A program made the translations under genes and the position numbers. From NCBI GenBank assembly GCA_964434535.1, contig CAYSWA010000002.1, positions 78,184 through 142,183 on the forward strand: a stretch of 64,000 bases of DNA, read 5' to 3'. The first letter of the stretch is position 1. Every line of letters begins with the position of its first letter. The DNA is from an uncultured candidatus Brocadiaceae bacterium. GTDB lineage: Bacteria > Planctomycetota > Brocadiia > SM23-32. Below the pieces are notes generated by a model. The model made no database searches, was not told where the DNA came from, and saw only the letters and a list, made by a program, of their open reading frames with translations. This document shows positions 61,941-64,000 of this stretch, piece after piece.

Positions 61941-62924
61941 ATGGACATCGACTCCCTCGAGCCCGGCCAGCTCGTCACCGACGAGGTCCTCCTGGTGGCC
62001 GAGGCGCGGCTGTTGATCGACCGGCGCGGGCAGAACTACTACGCCCTGACCCTCAACTGCGAGGGCGGCCGCCAGATCGACGGCAAGGTCTGGGCCGACA
62101 ACATCGACGCCGCCATCAAGCCCGGCCAGGGCCTTGAAGTGCTCGCCCGCGTCGACGAATACCACGGACAGAAGCAGCTCAACATCCAGCGCTACCGCGT
62201 CATCCCGCCCGAGGAGTATGACTTCGCCGCCTTCATCCGCAGCACCGAGATCGACGTCGAGGCCGCCTTCCGCACGCTCTTCGACTGGGATCGGGACGAG
62301 TTCTCCAACGCCCTGCTGAAGCGGCTGATGGCGGATTTCGCGGGCAGCGAGCGCTTCGCCGAGCAGTTCAAGGAATCCCCGGCCGCCAGCCATCACCACC
62401 ACAACTATGCCGGCGGGCTGATCGAGCACACCCTCGAGGTGTGGCGCCTGGCCGACGCCATCCGCCAGGCCCACTCGGGCGAGTTCGACCGCGAACTGCT
62501 CCTCTGCGGCGTCGCCCTGCACGACGTGGGCAAGGTGCAGAGCTACCGCCTGAGCAGCGGCGTGAGCGAGCGCACCGAGGTGGGCGAGCTGCTCGACCAC
62601 ATCTTCGTCAGCGGCTCGATGGTCAGCAACGTCTGGGACACGGCCGTGCGCCCCGACGTGCCCGCCGAGGAGGCCGAGGCGGCCGGGCGGCTCAAGGCCA
62701 TGCTGCTGCACATCATCCTGAGCCATCACGGCCGCATGGAGTGGGGCTCGCCCGTGCTGCCCCGCACGCCCGAAGCCGTGCTGGTGCACTACTGCGACGT
62801 GATCAGCTCGACCCTCCACACCTGCTTCCGCGCCATCGAGGGCACCGCCGAGGGGCAGAGCTGGACCGACAGCGTCTACATCATGGACCATGCGAGGCGC
62901 CTCTACGTGCCGCCCGCCGGCTGA
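61941..62924 (+). CDS. OB-fold plus HD-domain phosphohydrolase (YhaM-like 3'-5' exoribonuclease family)
   Basis: Start at MDIDSLEPG. The N-terminal OB-like region is followed by HHHHNYAGGLIEHTLEV and ALHDVGK (HD motif). Confidence 0.8.
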   Translation: MDIDSLEPGQLVTDEVLLVAEARLLIDRRGQNYYALTLNCEGGRQIDGKVWADNIDAAIKPGQGLEVLARVDEYHGQKQLNIQRYRVIPPEEYDFAAFIRSTEIDVEAAFRTLFDWDRDEFSNALLKRLMADFAGSERFAEQFKESPAASHHHHNYAGGLIEHTLEVWRLADAIRQAHSGEFDRELLLCGVALHDVGKVQSYRLSSGVSERTEVGELLDHIFVSGSMVSNVWDTAVRPDVPAEEAEAAGRLKAMLLHIILSHHGRMEWGSPVLPRTPEAVLVHYCDVISSTLHTCFRAIEGTAEGQSWTDSVYIMDHARRLYVPPAG

Positions 62925-62964
62925 GGGGGCCCGGCGGCGGCCAGCCCAGGGAGCGAGTGAACCC

Positions 62965-64000
62965 GTGGAACCGTCAGAAGCCGCCCAGAGTCTGATCGAA
63001 CGCATCGAGGAAGGCCGCATCGCCGTGGGCGTGGTGGGGCTCGGCTACGTCGGGCTGCCCCTGGCCCTGCTCTGCGCGCGGAAAGTCGAGCGCGTCGTCG
63101 GCGTCGACATCGACACCCGCCGCGTCGGCGCCATCAACGCCGGCCGCTCCTACGTGGACGACATCAGCGACGAGGAGCTCGCCGAGGCGCTCAGCGAGGG
63201 CGGCTTCAGCGCCTCCAGCGACTACGCCGCCCTCACCGAGTGCGACGTGGTCATCATCTGCGTGCCGACGCCCCTGCGCAAGACGGGCGACCCCGACCTG
63301 TCCTTCATCGTGCAGAGCGTCGACGCCATCGAGCGCCACCTCACGCCGGGCAAGCTCATCGTGCTGGAGAGCACCTCCTACCCCGGCACCACCGACGAGC
63401 TGGTCTGCCCCCACCTGGAGCAGCACGAGCTGCGCGTGGGGCGCGACTTCTGGCTCGCCTTCAGCCCCGAGCGCATCGACCCCGGCCCCGCCTACGGCGA
63501 GTGGGACGTGGAGAACGTGCCGAAGGTCGTCGGCGGCATCACGCCGAGCTGCACCCGCGTGGCCGCCGCCTTCTACGGGCGCATCGTCGAGACGGTCGTG
63601 GAGGTCTCCTCCGGCCGCGTCGCCGAGATGGTCAAGCTGCTGGAGAACACCTATCGCAGCGTCAACATCGCGCTGGTCAACGAGCTGGCGCTGATGTGCC
63701 ACGAGCTCGGCGTGGACGCCTGGGAGGTGGTCGACGCGGCGAAGACCAAGCCCTACGGCTTCCAGGCATTCTACCCCGGCCCCGGCCTCGGCGGGCACTG
63801 CATCCCGGTCGACCCCTTCTACCTGGCCTGGAAGGCGCGCCTGCACGGCTTCGAGCCGCGCTTCATCGACCTGGCCGGCCGCGTCAACGCCGAGATGCCC
63901 CGCCACGTCGTCCAGCTCTGCATGGACCTGCTCAACGAGCGGGGCAAGCCGGTGCGCGGCTCGAGCATCCTCGTCCTCGGCGTCGCCTACAAACCCGACG
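62965..64000 (+). CDS. nucleotide-sugar dehydrogenase (UDP-glucose/GDP-mannose dehydrogenase family), 5' part; runs off the right edge
   Basis: Own translation from GTG 62965 gives (M)EPSEAAQSLIERIEEGRIAVGVVGLGYVGLPLALL...VIICVPTPL...LIVLESTSYPGTTDEL. The frame stays open to position 64000. It is not in the ORF track because there is no stop. Confidence 0.85.
   Translation, partial: MEPSEAAQSLIERIEEGRIAVGVVGLGYVGLPLALLCARKVERVVGVDIDTRRVGAINAGRSYVDDISDEELAEALSEGGFSASSDYAALTECDVVIICVPTPLRKTGDPDLSFIVQSVDAIERHLTPGKLIVLESTSYPGTTDELVCPHLEQHELRVGRDFWLAFSPERIDPGPAYGEWDVENVPKVVGGITPSCTRVAAAFYGRIVETVVEVSSGRVAEMVKLLENTYRSVNIALVNELALMCHELGVDAWEVVDAAKTKPYGFQAFYPGPGLGGHCIPVDPFYLAWKARLHGFEPRFIDLAGRVNAEMPRHVVQLCMDLLNERGKPVRGSSILVLGVAYKPD

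Overview
This is a very GC-rich stretch of bacterial chromosome (about 70% by eye, not computed). It is densely packed with about 55 protein-coding genes on both strands. I found no rRNA, tRNA, CRISPR array, transposase, phage gene or recognisable defence operon.

The gene content points to a Planctomycetota-like organism, possibly Phycisphaerae-like; this is an inference. The supporting genes are a DUF1559 / prepilin-type H-X9-DG protein, a PEP-CTERM protein, a large FG-GAP/VCBS protein, the 'small basic protein' family, and several PP2C/STAS/GAF signalling proteins.

Most genes are housekeeping: rlmN, feoB, ilvC, lpxK, yebC-like, rplM-rpsI, mutS, dacB-like PBP4, rnr, cysE, nrdR-nrdD-nrdG, smc, cobO and xerC-like. 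There are also small signalling and carbohydrate modules.

The many very long Arg/Ala/Gly/Pro-rich ORFs in the six-frame track are high-GC antisense artefacts and were not called.

The structure that genes do not explain is non-coding:
- A modular family of short intergenic repeats and hairpins recurs at five or more loci. One copy sits inside the nrd operon and two copies lie on either side of xerC.
- 9-mer ATAGGTCCT-type repeats sit at both ends of smc.
- Near-consensus TTGACA-N17-TAnnnT promoters stand out in the AT-poor background.
- One strong intrinsic terminator follows the feo operon.
- NrdR boxes lie upstream of nrdR.

I cannot identify a convincing novel multi-gene system. The findings are modest leads, and all homology calls come from motif recognition by eye, not from database searches.
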